A stretch of DNA of 64,000 nucleotides, from contig CANQIL010000002.1 in NCBI GenBank assembly GCA_947624045.1, forward strand, positions 2,055 through 66,054, in the 5' to 3' direction. Position numbers and translations under genes: made by a program. The number at the start of each line of letters is the position of its first letter. Positions within the stretch are counted from its first letter, which is position 1. The stretch comes from an uncultured Bacilli bacterium. GTDB taxonomy: Bacteria > Bacillota_I > Bacilli_A > RF39 > UBA660. This document shows, one piece after another, positions 20,429 to 30,633 of this stretch. The notes below the pieces were generated by a model, which was given only the letters and a program-made list of their open reading frames with translations, had not been told where the DNA came from and made no database searches.

Positions 20429-21487
20429 ATGTTTAAAAAGCTTAGTCTTATTCTTATATTAATATCTTTTTTCTACCTAAGGCCTGTTTTAGCTAGTTCT
20501 AGTATTGTTATGGATTTAGATACTGGTAGAGTACTTTATCAAAAGAATAGTAAAGAAAAGCGTCTTATTGCTTCAACTACTAAGATACTTACGGCTATTG
20601 TAACCCTTGAAAATGCTGATATTGAAAAAGAAGTTACTATTGGTGATGAAGTTTTAAAAATGTATGGTACGAATATTTATATAGAAGTAGGGGAGAAGAT
20701 GAAAATAAAAGATTTGTTATATGGTCTACTTTTACGTAGTGGCAATGATGCCGCCGTAGCTTTAGCGGTAGCGGTAAGTGGTAGTGAAGAAGACTTTGTT
20801 AGACTAATGAATGAAAAAGCCCAAAAAATAGGTATGAAAGATAGTATTTTTGAAAATCCGCACGGTCTAGATGATGATACTAAGAATTATTCAACGGCCT
20901 ATGATATGGCGCTTTTATCTCGATATGCCTATCAAAATAAGACTTACCGGGAAATTGTTTCTACCAAAAAGTATACAACTAAGACTAAAGACAAAAACTA
21001 TCTTTGGTATAACAGAAACAAATTACTAAATAATTATGATTATTGTACTGGTGGCAAAAATGGCTACACCCCCGCAGCTGGCAAAACTCTAGTTACAACG
21101 GCTTCTAAAGATAATCTAAATTTAACAATAGTTACTTTAGATGATGCCGATGAATATGATACACACGAATATTACTATAACTTAGCCTATAAAAATTATC
21201 GTAAATATCTTCTTATTGATAAAGATAATTTTAAGATAGATAAAAATTTTTATAATGGTGATATCTACCTAAAGAATTCTTTTTATTATCCTTTAACTGT
21301 TCCTGAAACTAAAGAGATAAAGACTTATCTTTCTATAGAAAATAAAAACTCTAAAAATAAAATTGTCGGTAAGATAAACATCTATTTAGATGATGACTTA
21401 ATTGGTAATGTTGATATTTTTCAAAAACCACAAGAAAAAAAGAAGATGAATCTCCTTTCTAAAATTAAGTCTTTCTTTTCTAATTAG
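20429..21487 (+). CDS. Serine-type D-Ala-D-Ala carboxypeptidase (S11, DacB/DacF-like)
   Basis: Signal peptide, SxxK (ASTTKILT), SxN (RSGNDAA), K(T/N)G (GGKNGYT). Confidence 0.85.
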   Translation: MFKKLSLILILISFFYLRPVLASSSIVMDLDTGRVLYQKNSKEKRLIASTTKILTAIVTLENADIEKEVTIGDEVLKMYGTNIYIEVGEKMKIKDLLYGLLLRSGNDAAVALAVAVSGSEEDFVRLMNEKAQKIGMKDSIFENPHGLDDDTKNYSTAYDMALLSRYAYQNKTYREIVSTKKYTTKTKDKNYLWYNRNKLLNNYDYCTGGKNGYTPAAGKTLVTTASKDNLNLTIVTLDDADEYDTHEYYYNLAYKNYRKYLLIDKDNFKIDKNFYNGDIYLKNSFYYPLTVPETKEIKTYLSIENKNSKNKIVGKINIYLDDDLIGNVDIFQKPQEKKKMNLLSKIKSFFSN

Positions 21488-22398
21488 TTATTTGAAAATC
21501 TAAAAAAATTAATACTAGGTCGACAGAATAATCTAATATCAAATTTAGAAGTTCCTAGTCCACTAGATACATAGATATCGGTATCATTATCTTTATAATA
21601 TTTATCATAATAAGTTTTACTTCCCGAAAACTTAACAATGCCTCCTATATAGGGAATCCTAATTTCCCCATTATGGGAGTGTCCCGCTAAAACTAAATCG
21701 GTTTGATAATCTTTAATATTTAAGTAATTATCTCCCTCATGCATTAAAGTAATATTATAAATATTAGTATTTGCTCCTTCTTGTTTGAAATAGCTAAAAG
21801 CCTTATCAACATCAGTTTCTTTTTTTAATAAACTAGCAAGACCCGTTATTAATATGGGTTTATTATTATCTTTATAGATTAAGTCATAATCATTATTTAA
21901 AATAGTAAAACCACTTTGATTTAGAATAGTCGTAACACTTTCTTTATCTTCTTCTCCTAAAACAGCATACTTGCCTAGAGTTGTATCAATACTTTGTAAA
22001 AGCTTAATTAGTTTTTCTTGGTCTTTATTTTTTAAATTATAATCTTTTTTTATTAAATCCCCTGTAAATACAACAATATCTGGCTTTCTTTCATTGATTA
22101 AGTTTACTAATTTTTTAGTTTCATCATACAAAAAAGTACTACCATAATGTAAATCACTAAATTGAATTAGCTTTAGTCCATTAAAGCTTGCATCTATTTT
22201 TTCACTTGTAATTCTTTTTTCATTCACAACAATACTTACTGTAGATATATAGGTCGTATAACAAAAAATTAAACAGCTAAGAGTAGTAATTAGAAGAACT
22301 ATTTTAAATATTTTACCAATTAGACTTTTTCTTTTTTCTTTTCTTTCTTCATCAAATATTTCTTCTTGTTTTTCTGAGCTTCTTTCTTCTCTTGTCAT
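21484..22398 (-). CDS. Membrane-anchored metallophosphoesterase (calcineurin-like)
   Basis: TM, then QFSDLHYG, TGDL, LGEED, MHEG, GHSHNG motifs. Confidence 0.8.
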   Translation of the reverse strand: MTREERSSEKQEEIFDEERKEKRKSLIGKIFKIVLLITTLSCLIFCYTTYISTVSIVVNEKRITSEKIDASFNGLKLIQFSDLHYGSTFLYDETKKLVNLINERKPDIVVFTGDLIKKDYNLKNKDQEKLIKLLQSIDTTLGKYAVLGEEDKESVTTILNQSGFTILNNDYDLIYKDNNKPILITGLASLLKKETDVDKAFSYFKQEGANTNIYNITLMHEGDNYLNIKDYQTDLVLAGHSHNGEIRIPYIGGIVKFSGSKTYYDKYYKDNDTDIYVSSGLGTSKFDIRLFCRPSINFFRFSNN

Positions 22399-22567
22399 TA
22401 TTAATCACCATCTTTACTTTATTTTAGCAGATAACTATAAAAGTTTCTATATTTTTAGTAATAAAATGAGAAATTGACAAGTAGAATAATAATTTTTCTA
22501 AATTTAATTTGCTTTTAAGTTATTTTACAATTTTTAATTTACGTGCTAGAATTAAAGTGGTGGTAAA

Positions 22568-23965
22568 ATGAAAGTTGATGTTGCGATTATAGGTGCTGGG
22601 CCTGCGGGTTTGTTTAGTGCTTATGAGTTAATTACAAAGAATAAAGATTTAAAGGTAGTTATATTAGATAAAGGTAGTAGGGTAAAATCACGTTTTTGTC
22701 CTATGAACAAATTAAAAGTTCCATGCAAGAACTGTAACCCTTGTGCTATTTTATCAGGCTATGGGGGAGCAGGTACATTTTCAGATGGTAAGCTTAATTT
22801 TATTCCACGTCTAGGTAAGAGCGATTTAACTAAGTATATGTCTGAAAGTGAAGCTAATCAGTTAATAGATGACTGTGAAGAAATTTTTAATAAGTTTAAT
22901 ATGGATTCAAAAGTTTATCCATCTAATATGGAAGAAGCTCAAGAGATTAGAAAGAAAGTTTCTATAGCTGGAGCTAAATTGCTTTTAATTAAACAAAAGC
23001 ACTTAGGTAGCGACCATCTTCCTGAATATATTGAAAGTATTTGTAACTTTTTAGAAGAGCATAATGTTTCTTTATATGAAAAAACAACTGTTACTGATAT
23101 TAAAACTATAAAGGAAGACTGTCATGAAATTACTTATACTAAAGATGGTCAAGAAGAAAAGCTAACGGCATCAACGGTGATTGTTGCTCCGGGGAGAACG
23201 GGAGCTAAATGGGTTCAAGAATTAGCTGATAAATATAATATTTCTTATCTATCTCAAAGTATTGAAATAGGGGTAAGAGTTGAGGTAAGAAAAGATATTA
23301 TGGAAGATTTAACAAATGTTATTTATGATCCAACTATTTTTATAAAAACGAAAACGTATGGTGATGAAATTAGAACTTTTTGTACTAACCCAGGTGGCTT
23401 TGTTGCGAAAGAAAATTACTATGGCTACATTTGTGTTAATGGACATGCTTTAAAAGATGTAAAGAGTAATAATACAAATTTTGCTTTTATATCTAAAGTT
23501 ACTTTAACGGAGCCTGTTACTAATACAAGAGAATATGGTGAGTCAATTGCTAAGATTGCTAATGTTTTAGGAGATGGCAAGCCAATTATTCAGTCATTGA
23601 AAGATTTAAAAAATGCTAGAAGAAGTGAGTGGCACCGTTTAAATAAAGGCTTTATTGAGCCTACATTGAAAGACTGTGTAGCTGGGGACTTAGCTTTAGT
23701 TATGCCTCATAGAATTATTACCAATATTTTAGAGGGACTAGAAACACTTGATAAAATTATTCCGGGAGTTGCCAATGATGATACCTTACTTTATGGACCG
23801 GAAATTAAATTCTTTAGTAATGAAATTGAAACTAATAAAAAGTTTAAATTAGAACAAGCTAATATTTATTTTATAGGTGATGGAGCCGGTAAAGCCGGCA
23901 ACATTGTTACGGCCGCCGCAACAGGTTTAGTGGCAGCACGTGATATTATTGAGAGGATGAAGTAA
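22568..23965 (+). CDS. FAD-dependent oxidoreductase (COG2509-like)
   Basis: VAIIGAGPAGLFSAYEL dinucleotide-binding motif. C-terminal GDGAGKAGNIVTAAATG. Confidence 0.75.
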   Translation: MKVDVAIIGAGPAGLFSAYELITKNKDLKVVILDKGSRVKSRFCPMNKLKVPCKNCNPCAILSGYGGAGTFSDGKLNFIPRLGKSDLTKYMSESEANQLIDDCEEIFNKFNMDSKVYPSNMEEAQEIRKKVSIAGAKLLLIKQKHLGSDHLPEYIESICNFLEEHNVSLYEKTTVTDIKTIKEDCHEITYTKDGQEEKLTASTVIVAPGRTGAKWVQELADKYNISYLSQSIEIGVRVEVRKDIMEDLTNVIYDPTIFIKTKTYGDEIRTFCTNPGGFVAKENYYGYICVNGHALKDVKSNNTNFAFISKVTLTEPVTNTREYGESIAKIANVLGDGKPIIQSLKDLKNARRSEWHRLNKGFIEPTLKDCVAGDLALVMPHRIITNILEGLETLDKIIPGVANDDTLLYGPEIKFFSNEIETNKKFKLEQANIYFIGDGAGKAGNIVTAAATGLVAARDIIERMK

Positions 23966-23966
23966 A

Positions 23967-24632
23967 ATGATAAAGAAATTATTAGTTATTTTAATTGTAG
24001 TAGTACTTTTAACTGGTTGTGGTAAAAAAGAAATAAAGGAAAACTTACTAGGTATAGATTATGATGTAAAATCTAATGAAGCTAAGCTAGATAATTATGA
24101 TACAGAAAATCCAGTAGTTGCTATGTATATTAAAAAATATGGCTCAATAGTTATTGAACTATATCCTGATATTGCCCCTAATACAGTAAATAATTTTATC
24201 TCTTTAGTTAAAGAGGGCTTTTATGATGAAAATACTATGCATAGATTAGTACCAGGCTTTGTTTTACAAGGTGGCGATCCTAGTGGAAATGGAACAGGTG
24301 GACCTGATTATACTATTAAAGGTGAGTTTACTAATAATGGCTTTGAAAATAATTTGAAACACGAAGAAAAAGTTGTATCTATGGCTAGAAGTCAAGATAA
24401 TGATAGTGCTGGTAGTCAATTTTTTATAGTATTAAAAGAAGCTCCTAACTTAGATGGCGACTATGCTGCCTTTGGCAAGGTAATTGATGGTTGGGATAAT
24501 GTTTTAAATATCGTGGACAACGAAAAAATAGCTAATCAAGAAACAGGGCAGTTACGAACAAATCTAAGAATAAAAAAAGCTCTTGTCGATTTAAAGAGCT
24601 ATGAGTATAAAGAAGTAGAAAAGATACAATAG
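23967..24632 (+). CDS. Cyclophilin-type peptidyl-prolyl isomerase lipoprotein
   Basis: Lipobox LLTGCG. FHRLVPGFVLQGGDP, SMARS..DSAGSQFFI. Confidence 0.9.
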   Translation: MIKKLLVILIVVVLLTGCGKKEIKENLLGIDYDVKSNEAKLDNYDTENPVVAMYIKKYGSIVIELYPDIAPNTVNNFISLVKEGFYDENTMHRLVPGFVLQGGDPSGNGTGGPDYTIKGEFTNNGFENNLKHEEKVVSMARSQDNDSAGSQFFIVLKEAPNLDGDYAAFGKVIDGWDNVLNIVDNEKIANQETGQLRTNLRIKKALVDLKSYEYKEVEKIQ

Positions 24633-24645
24633 AGGGGAATTGTTT

Positions 24646-25800
24646 ATGAGTAGTAATAGTAAATGTAATAGGGATAATATCAATGAAAATGTTTTCGCAG
24701 ATATTGATGTAAATAAAAAACAAGCAAAATTTTATTTTGAAAGGTAAGTTAGTTATGATGAAATTTACAAAAATAAGTTTAGCCCCGAGTCAAGACCTCA
24801 TAGATTAAGAATATATTTAGTCTTTTTCATTATTTTAATTATTGCCTATTCTTTATTATTAAAAATTTTCAAGTTTAAATTTGATTTTTCTATTATAAAC
24901 ATATTAGCATTTACTGTTATATTATTTTTAACTTATTATCTATCAAATAGATTTTTAAAAAAAGGTGCATTATATCAGTTTAATTCTCGCAGTACAAAAA
25001 TCTATTTTTATGATAATTTTGTAATTTTTGCTACTAAAAATAGAATTTTAAAATGTCCTTATTATGAGTTAAGAAGCATAAAAGAAGATAGTAAAGATTT
25101 TGTTATTAGTGCTAGGGACTTAGAAATCTTAGTTTATGTTAGTAAAGAATATATTGATGACGATTTTCTAGAATTTTTAAGAAAATTACAAGTAAATTAT
25201 AAACTTATACAATATGATAATAACGACTTAAATAAAAAAATATGGTCTTCAATAGTTAAACAAATTAAAAATTATAAGTTTTCTTGTGATAATAATTTAA
25301 ATAATGATAATCTGATTTCGTATTGTACTAATAAGACTACAAAAAGAAATCATTTTTGGAAATTCTTTATATCATTATATATAGGCTATACCATTATTAT
25401 GTTTTTTGCATTTTCTTCAATATTTATTTTTTCAATTATTGATAAAAATATAAGTACTATTCTTTATGCTCTTATATTAACATTAATTGCAGTAGCTGTT
25501 CTTACTACTTCTAAAATGCCCTCATATACAAGAGAATATATAGAATTATATTCTAATACTAAAAGTAAATTTTTCTTCTTTGATGATTTCATTATATTTT
25601 GTGATGAAAGTAAAATTTTAAAATGGAACTATGATTATTTAAAATATATCTTTGAAAATGATAATTATATTTATATGAAAACTAAACTAAAATCAACAAA
25701 ATTTTTTGATGAGATGCCAATAATAATTGATAAGAAAAACTTATCACCAAAAGAAGAAAAATTTTTAAAAGAAAAACTTAATATTAAAAAAGGCTTATAA
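24646..25800 (+). pseudogene. Tandem YcxB-like membrane protein gene interrupted by an in-frame TAA (24745-24747)
   Basis: ATG 24646 with RBS GAGGGG, 33 codons, TAA. The same frame then stays open for 351 codons to 25800, and the first 217 contain no ATG/GTG/TTG. There are two modules, each with 2 TM plus a YcxB-like fold (KIYFYDNFVIFATKNRILKCPY.. and KFFFFDDFIIFCDESKILKWNY..). The track ORF 25399-25800 begins inside a TM helix. Confidence 0.55.
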
Positions 25801-25847
25801 ATGCTTGAAAATTTATGAGCCTTGTTAATTAGATATATAATTTTTTA

Positions 25848-25887
25848 AGGCTACTGAATAATTGTCTATTCAATAGCCTATTTTTTT
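25848..25887 (+). terminator. Rho-independent terminator
   Basis: AGGCTACTGAATA ... TATTCAATAGCCT (13 bp, 1 mismatch) followed by T7. Confidence 0.55.
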
Positions 25888-26428
25888 ACTCATCTACTAT
25901 TGTTACGGGAACATCAGGCTTTATAGATAATTTTAAAGTTTTTTGATGTTCTTTTTCAAGTTGTCTATAAGTAACATTTGATTTATCAAACAAATATTTA
26001 GAGGCAATTGTTTCTTTAGAATTGGCATATTTATCGGATAAGTAAATTACTTCTTTTATACCAAACTGAATAATTGCTTTAGCACACTCATTACAAGGGA
26101 ATAAGTCAACATAAATACGTGCTCCTTTTAACGAAAGTCTATTTCCGTTTGCGATAGCATTTCTTTCAGCATGACATACATATAAATATTTTGTTTCTAA
26201 CTCTTCACCATCTCTGTCCCAAGGAAAATCATCATCATTAAAATTATTTGGTGTACCATTATAGCCTATGGCTAAAACCCTATTATTCTCATCAACAATA
26301 CAAGCACCTACTTGCGTTGAGGGGTCTTTACTTCTAGCTCCTGCTAACTTAGCAATACTCATAAAAAACTCATCCCAACTTAAATAATCTTGTCTTTTGT
26401 TTCCTAATTTTTCTTTATTTATTTCCAT
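25886..26428 (-). CDS. comEB: Deoxycytidylate (dCMP) deaminase, ComEB-type
   Basis: HAERNAI and PCNECAKAI zinc motifs. 180 aa. Confidence 0.88.
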   Translation of the reverse strand: MEINKEKLGNKRQDYLSWDEFFMSIAKLAGARSKDPSTQVGACIVDENNRVLAIGYNGTPNNFNDDDFPWDRDGEELETKYLYVCHAERNAIANGNRLSLKGARIYVDLFPCNECAKAIIQFGIKEVIYLSDKYANSKETIASKYLFDKSNVTYRQLEKEHQKTLKLSIKPDVPVTIVDE

Positions 26429-26538
26429 ATACTCCTCCTTCCATTATTGTAGCAGTACTTTTTTAAATTTACAATATTTTCTGCCTTTCTGTTTCTTATT
26501 TTAAAGAAAATGATATAATATTAAAGAAGTGATGAAGT

Positions 26539-28269
26539 ATGAAAGAGTTAAAGAAAAATTTACATTTTGCTTGGAAATATGCTAAATATCAAAAGAAAAA
26601 TCTTTTCTTTTTAATTTTGTGTAATTTTCTAAGTATTATAATAAGCGTTATCATACCTATATTTAGTGCTAAGATAATAGTAGAATTAACAGCTAATGAA
26701 CTATACCAAGTAATAATAATTTCTCTTATAATTTTACTAATAGAATTAATGAGTAATATAATTCATTATTTTCGTCGTAACTTATCATCAGTAGTTTACC
26801 GTGAAACTTTTAAAAAGATACAAATTGATTTAGGCAGAGAAATTTTAAAACTAGAAAATAAATGTTTAGATGAAACTTCATCTGGTGTATTCATTCAAAG
26901 ACTTACTAATGATACCGGCAAAATTGCGGACCTTTTTAATTCTCTTAATATGGATTTTACTAATATTTTAACTAATATAGGTATTTTTGTCGCTATCTTT
27001 TTGATTAATAAAATAGCCTTTTTCTTAATTTTGCTTATGGTTATAATTATGTATGTAGTAGAACAAAAAAGAGTAACGACACGTACTAAAAATGATAAAG
27101 CTCTTAGAAAAACTAATGAAAAAGTATCGGGTTTTGTGTCTGAATTAGTTAGAGGTTGTCGTGATATTAAAATGCTTAGTGCCGAAGATAGTTTTATGAA
27201 AGAATTAGAGGGCAAAATTGTTAATTTAAATAACGAAAGATATAAAATGTTAAAAACAGACTCTAAATATTCTTTAACTAGAGATTTTATGATGGATTCT
27301 TTTGATACTATTTTAATTGCTTTACTAGTTTATTTAATTTTTACAAAACAATTAGTCGTTGCTACTGCATTAGTTATTTATAATTATATGGGTCGCGTTA
27401 CTTCAATTGTTACTTTCTTTAGCATGCTTCTTGAAAAATTAAAAGATTTTAATCTCTCATCAGAAAGAATTTTTTCTATTTTAGAAAGTCCAGAATTTCC
27501 TAAAGAAAAGTTTGGTACTAAACATTTAGCTAAAGTAAAAGGCAATTTTGAATTTAAAAATGTAACATTCTCTTATAACGATGAACAACAGCCTGTTTTA
27601 AAAAATATTAGTTTTAAAGTAAAAGCTAATGAAACAGTAGCCTTTGTTGGTAAAAGTGGAGCTGGAAAGAGTACCATCTTTAATCTTTTATGTAAAATGT
27701 ATGAGTTAAAGAAAGGCGTAATTACTATTGATGGAGAAGATATTAAAATTCTAGACAAATCTTCTATTCGGGATAATATAACTATTATCAGTCAAAATCC
27801 TTACATTTTCAATCTAAGTATTAAAGATAATCTTCGTTTAGTTAAAGAAAATTTAACTGATGAAGAAATGGTTGAAGCTTGTAAGTTAGCTTGTCTTGAT
27901 GAATTTATTAATACACTTCCTAATAAATATGACACTATTGTAGGTGAGGGAGGAATTAGTCTAAGTGGTGGGCAACGTCAAAGACTAGCGATTGCTAGAG
28001 CGTTGGTTCAAAAAACAGAGATAATTCTTTTTGATGAAGCAACAAGTGCCCTTGATAATGAAACCCAAATGCAAATTCAACAAGCTATCGATAACTTGAA
28101 AAAAGACTACACTATCTTAATAATTGCTCATCGCCTAAGCACTATAATTAACAGTGACCACATCTTATTTTTAAATAATGGCCAAATTGAAGATAGTGGA
28201 ACTCATGAAGAATTACTAAAGAAAAATAAGAATTATAAAAATTTATATGAGGCTGAACTTGAAAAATAA
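26539..28269 (+). CDS. ABC exporter, fused permease/ATPase (MsbA/type I exporter-like)
   Basis: Six-TM N-domain. Walker A GKSGAGKST, signature LSGGQRQR, Walker B ILFDEATSALD. Confidence 0.9.
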   Translation: MKELKKNLHFAWKYAKYQKKNLFFLILCNFLSIIISVIIPIFSAKIIVELTANELYQVIIISLIILLIELMSNIIHYFRRNLSSVVYRETFKKIQIDLGREILKLENKCLDETSSGVFIQRLTNDTGKIADLFNSLNMDFTNILTNIGIFVAIFLINKIAFFLILLMVIIMYVVEQKRVTTRTKNDKALRKTNEKVSGFVSELVRGCRDIKMLSAEDSFMKELEGKIVNLNNERYKMLKTDSKYSLTRDFMMDSFDTILIALLVYLIFTKQLVVATALVIYNYMGRVTSIVTFFSMLLEKLKDFNLSSERIFSILESPEFPKEKFGTKHLAKVKGNFEFKNVTFSYNDEQQPVLKNISFKVKANETVAFVGKSGAGKSTIFNLLCKMYELKKGVITIDGEDIKILDKSSIRDNITIISQNPYIFNLSIKDNLRLVKENLTDEEMVEACKLACLDEFINTLPNKYDTIVGEGGISLSGGQRQRLAIARALVQKTEIILFDEATSALDNETQMQIQQAIDNLKKDYTILIIAHRLSTIINSDHILFLNNGQIEDSGTHEELLKKNKNYKNLYEAELEK

Positions 28270-28299
28270 GCCTTTTTCTGTTAAAATAAAGCCCATGAA

Positions 28300-29637
28300 A
28301 TGGGGAATACTATGGGAAATATCAATGAGCTTGCTTCTTTCTCAGAAAAAGAATTACTTTGTGCACTTTTAATAAGAGAACATTTAGAAGATAAAAATCT
28401 TTCTAAAGAATTTTTCTCTAAAGAAATGATAGTTAAAACTATTCGTTCTAAATACTTACAATTACATAAAACTTGTTCTTTAACTGATGAAGAGTTAATT
28501 ACTTGGTTAAAGAAAAATTATCGTTATCCACTATTAACTGATTTAATCGCAGGAGAGCTTGCAAAGTTAATTAGACCTCAAAAAAGAAATAACGAAATAA
28601 TTGACTTAACGGATAGATTCTTATATCAAAATCTAGAAGTAGTTTTGCATCTTTTAACTGATGAAGTTACTAAAGCTTTATATCTTGATGCAAACTATGA
28701 AAATAAAAATGTATCACTACCACCTTTAGATGATAAAAACTTTAATTTACTTATTCATAAATTTTTACAAATAGTTGACCCCACTTTAAAATGGACATCT
28801 ATCTATGAAGAAGCCCTAAAAAAAGAAAATATTATCTTTGTAAATAAAGATGACTTAGACTTAAAAGAAAAATTAGTTACTACTTTTGAGTTAGATACTT
28901 TAGGCATAACTAAAAGTAGTCCCTTATGGAATTTTACTATATATAAAGATAATGAAGTATTTTCAATAGTAGAAAGAACTAATACTATAGATGACATACC
29001 TAGAATAGTACATGAATTTAGCCATTTCTTAGAATTAAAGCTAAATAAAGATAAGAATTTTTCTATCTTCCTTAGTGAATATAGTCCTATCTTTTATGAA
29101 CTAGTTAGCTATGACTTTTTAAAAATGCTAGGTTATGATGAAATTTATATAGAAAAACTTAGACATAAACGAAATAGTAATACTTACTTAGCTGGTATAT
29201 TAACTTTAAATATCTTTAATTTTATGAAAAAAGTTCTAAATAATAAGACTATTTCTAAAGAAGAAGAGATAAATGAAGCTAAGAGAATAGTTAATCTTAA
29301 TGAAAAGCTAGATAAAAAAACTAAAGATGAATTAAGAAAAACTAAGCCATATTATTTTGATAGTGTTTTATATAGTGAGCATATTTGTGATGAGACAATA
29401 ATTAGATTATTAGAAAATCCTAATGAGATTAGTAAAAAATACCCATATATTATAGGAAGCTTTCTAGCCAATAAAACTCTTGCTAGTATTAAAGAAAATA
29501 AAACTACTTTTGAAGATATTAAATTTATAGTTGAGCATATCTCTAAAATAGAGCCCTCTTGGATATTTAAGTTTTTAGATATAGATATAGTAAAACTTTA
29601 TCAAGAAAATGGTAAAAATAAAATCAAGAAGTATTGA
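28300..29637 (+). CDS. Hypothetical HExxH protein, possibly a distant M3/oligoendopeptidase-like fold
   Basis: IVHEFSHFLE followed by LSEYSPIFYE. Start ambiguous (28300 or 28312). Confidence 0.4.
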   Translation: MGNTMGNINELASFSEKELLCALLIREHLEDKNLSKEFFSKEMIVKTIRSKYLQLHKTCSLTDEELITWLKKNYRYPLLTDLIAGELAKLIRPQKRNNEIIDLTDRFLYQNLEVVLHLLTDEVTKALYLDANYENKNVSLPPLDDKNFNLLIHKFLQIVDPTLKWTSIYEEALKKENIIFVNKDDLDLKEKLVTTFELDTLGITKSSPLWNFTIYKDNEVFSIVERTNTIDDIPRIVHEFSHFLELKLNKDKNFSIFLSEYSPIFYELVSYDFLKMLGYDEIYIEKLRHKRNSNTYLAGILTLNIFNFMKKVLNNKTISKEEEINEAKRIVNLNEKLDKKTKDELRKTKPYYFDSVLYSEHICDETIIRLLENPNEISKKYPYIIGSFLANKTLASIKENKTTFEDIKFIVEHISKIEPSWIFKFLDIDIVKLYQENGKNKIKKY

Positions 29638-29668
29638 AATTAATTGTTATTTGTTATATAATCAAGCC

Positions 29669-29880
29669 AGATGTTTTGATTCTGAGGAGTAAATAATTAT
29701 TTTTATTAAGAGAGTTCATGGTTGGTGCAAATGAATTAAAAAAATTATTGAAGGTAGCAGAGGAACATGATTTCTGAAATTAAGTAAGATATCCCGGATA
29801 ATTCCGTTATAAATTTTAGAGTATAATATAAGGTGGTACCACGAATACTTCGTCCTTAGGGATGGAAGTATTCTTTTTAT
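29669..29880 (+). promoter_or_regulatory. T-box riboswitch leader (tRNA-sensing transcription attenuator), most likely Val-specific
   Basis: Promoter TTGAAA-17-TATAAT (29634-29662). Stem I has AGUA (29688-29691) and GAA (29750-29752) flanking the AATAATT/AATTATT helix, plus AGAGAG and GGTTGGTGCAAAT distal elements. T-box sequence AAGGTGGTACCACG (29830-29843). Terminator GAATACTTC/GAAGTATTC followed by T5. Confidence 0.85.
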
Positions 29881-29889
29881 TTTAAGAGG

Positions 29890-30630
29890 GTGAAATTTAT
29901 GGATAAGTTTTTTGAAGAATTTATAAAGTATACTGATAACTATAAAGAATATGGTGTAAATATTTTAAGAAAAATAGACCATACTTTCCGAGTCGTTAAG
30001 TTATGTGAAGAAATAGCCAAAAGCCTAAACTTAGAAGAAGATGATATCTACTTAGCTAAATTAGGAGGACTATTACATGATATAGGTCGGTTTGAACAAT
30101 ATAAAAATTATCGTACCTTTAAAGATGAGGAAAGTATTGACCATGGTGACTTAGGGTGCCAATTATTAGAAAAAGAACTTAAAAATAAATTCACAACATC
30201 TGAAAATGAAGAAATAATTAAAAAGATAGTTAAAAATCATAATAAATATAAAATAGAAGAAGACTTAACTGATAAAGAAATCTTACTTTGTAATATTATA
30301 AGAGATGCTGATAAAATTGATATTTTTAATTTAGTATTAAATTCAAATATCTTAGATTTAGAAAATTCTACCATTTCTGATGATGTCTATGAAGCCTTTT
30401 TAAATAAACAATTAGTTTTAAAAGAACAAAGAAAAACTAAAGCCGATAACTTAGTTTGTAACTTAGCTTTTATTTATGATATAAATTTTAAAAAAAGTCT
30501 AGAAATTATTAAAAATGAAGATTATCTAAATAGATTAATTAATAAATATTTAGATACTGAAAATAGTGATTTAAAAGAAAAACTATTACATATTCAAGAA
30601 TTTTTAAATAATTATTTGAAAGGAGTTTAA
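29890..30630 (+). CDS. HD-domain metal-dependent phosphohydrolase
   Basis: HTFRV ... LLHDIGR ... DADKID motifs. Likelier start is ATG 29899 after GAGGG. The stop lies 3 nt before valS. Confidence 0.8.
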   Translation: MKFMDKFFEEFIKYTDNYKEYGVNILRKIDHTFRVVKLCEEIAKSLNLEEDDIYLAKLGGLLHDIGRFEQYKNYRTFKDEESIDHGDLGCQLLEKELKNKFTTSENEEIIKKIVKNHNKYKIEEDLTDKEILLCNIIRDADKIDIFNLVLNSNILDLENSTISDDVYEAFLNKQLVLKEQRKTKADNLVCNLAFIYDINFKKSLEIIKNEDYLNRLINKYLDTENSDLKEKLLHIQEFLNNYLKGV

Positions 30631-30633
30631 ATT

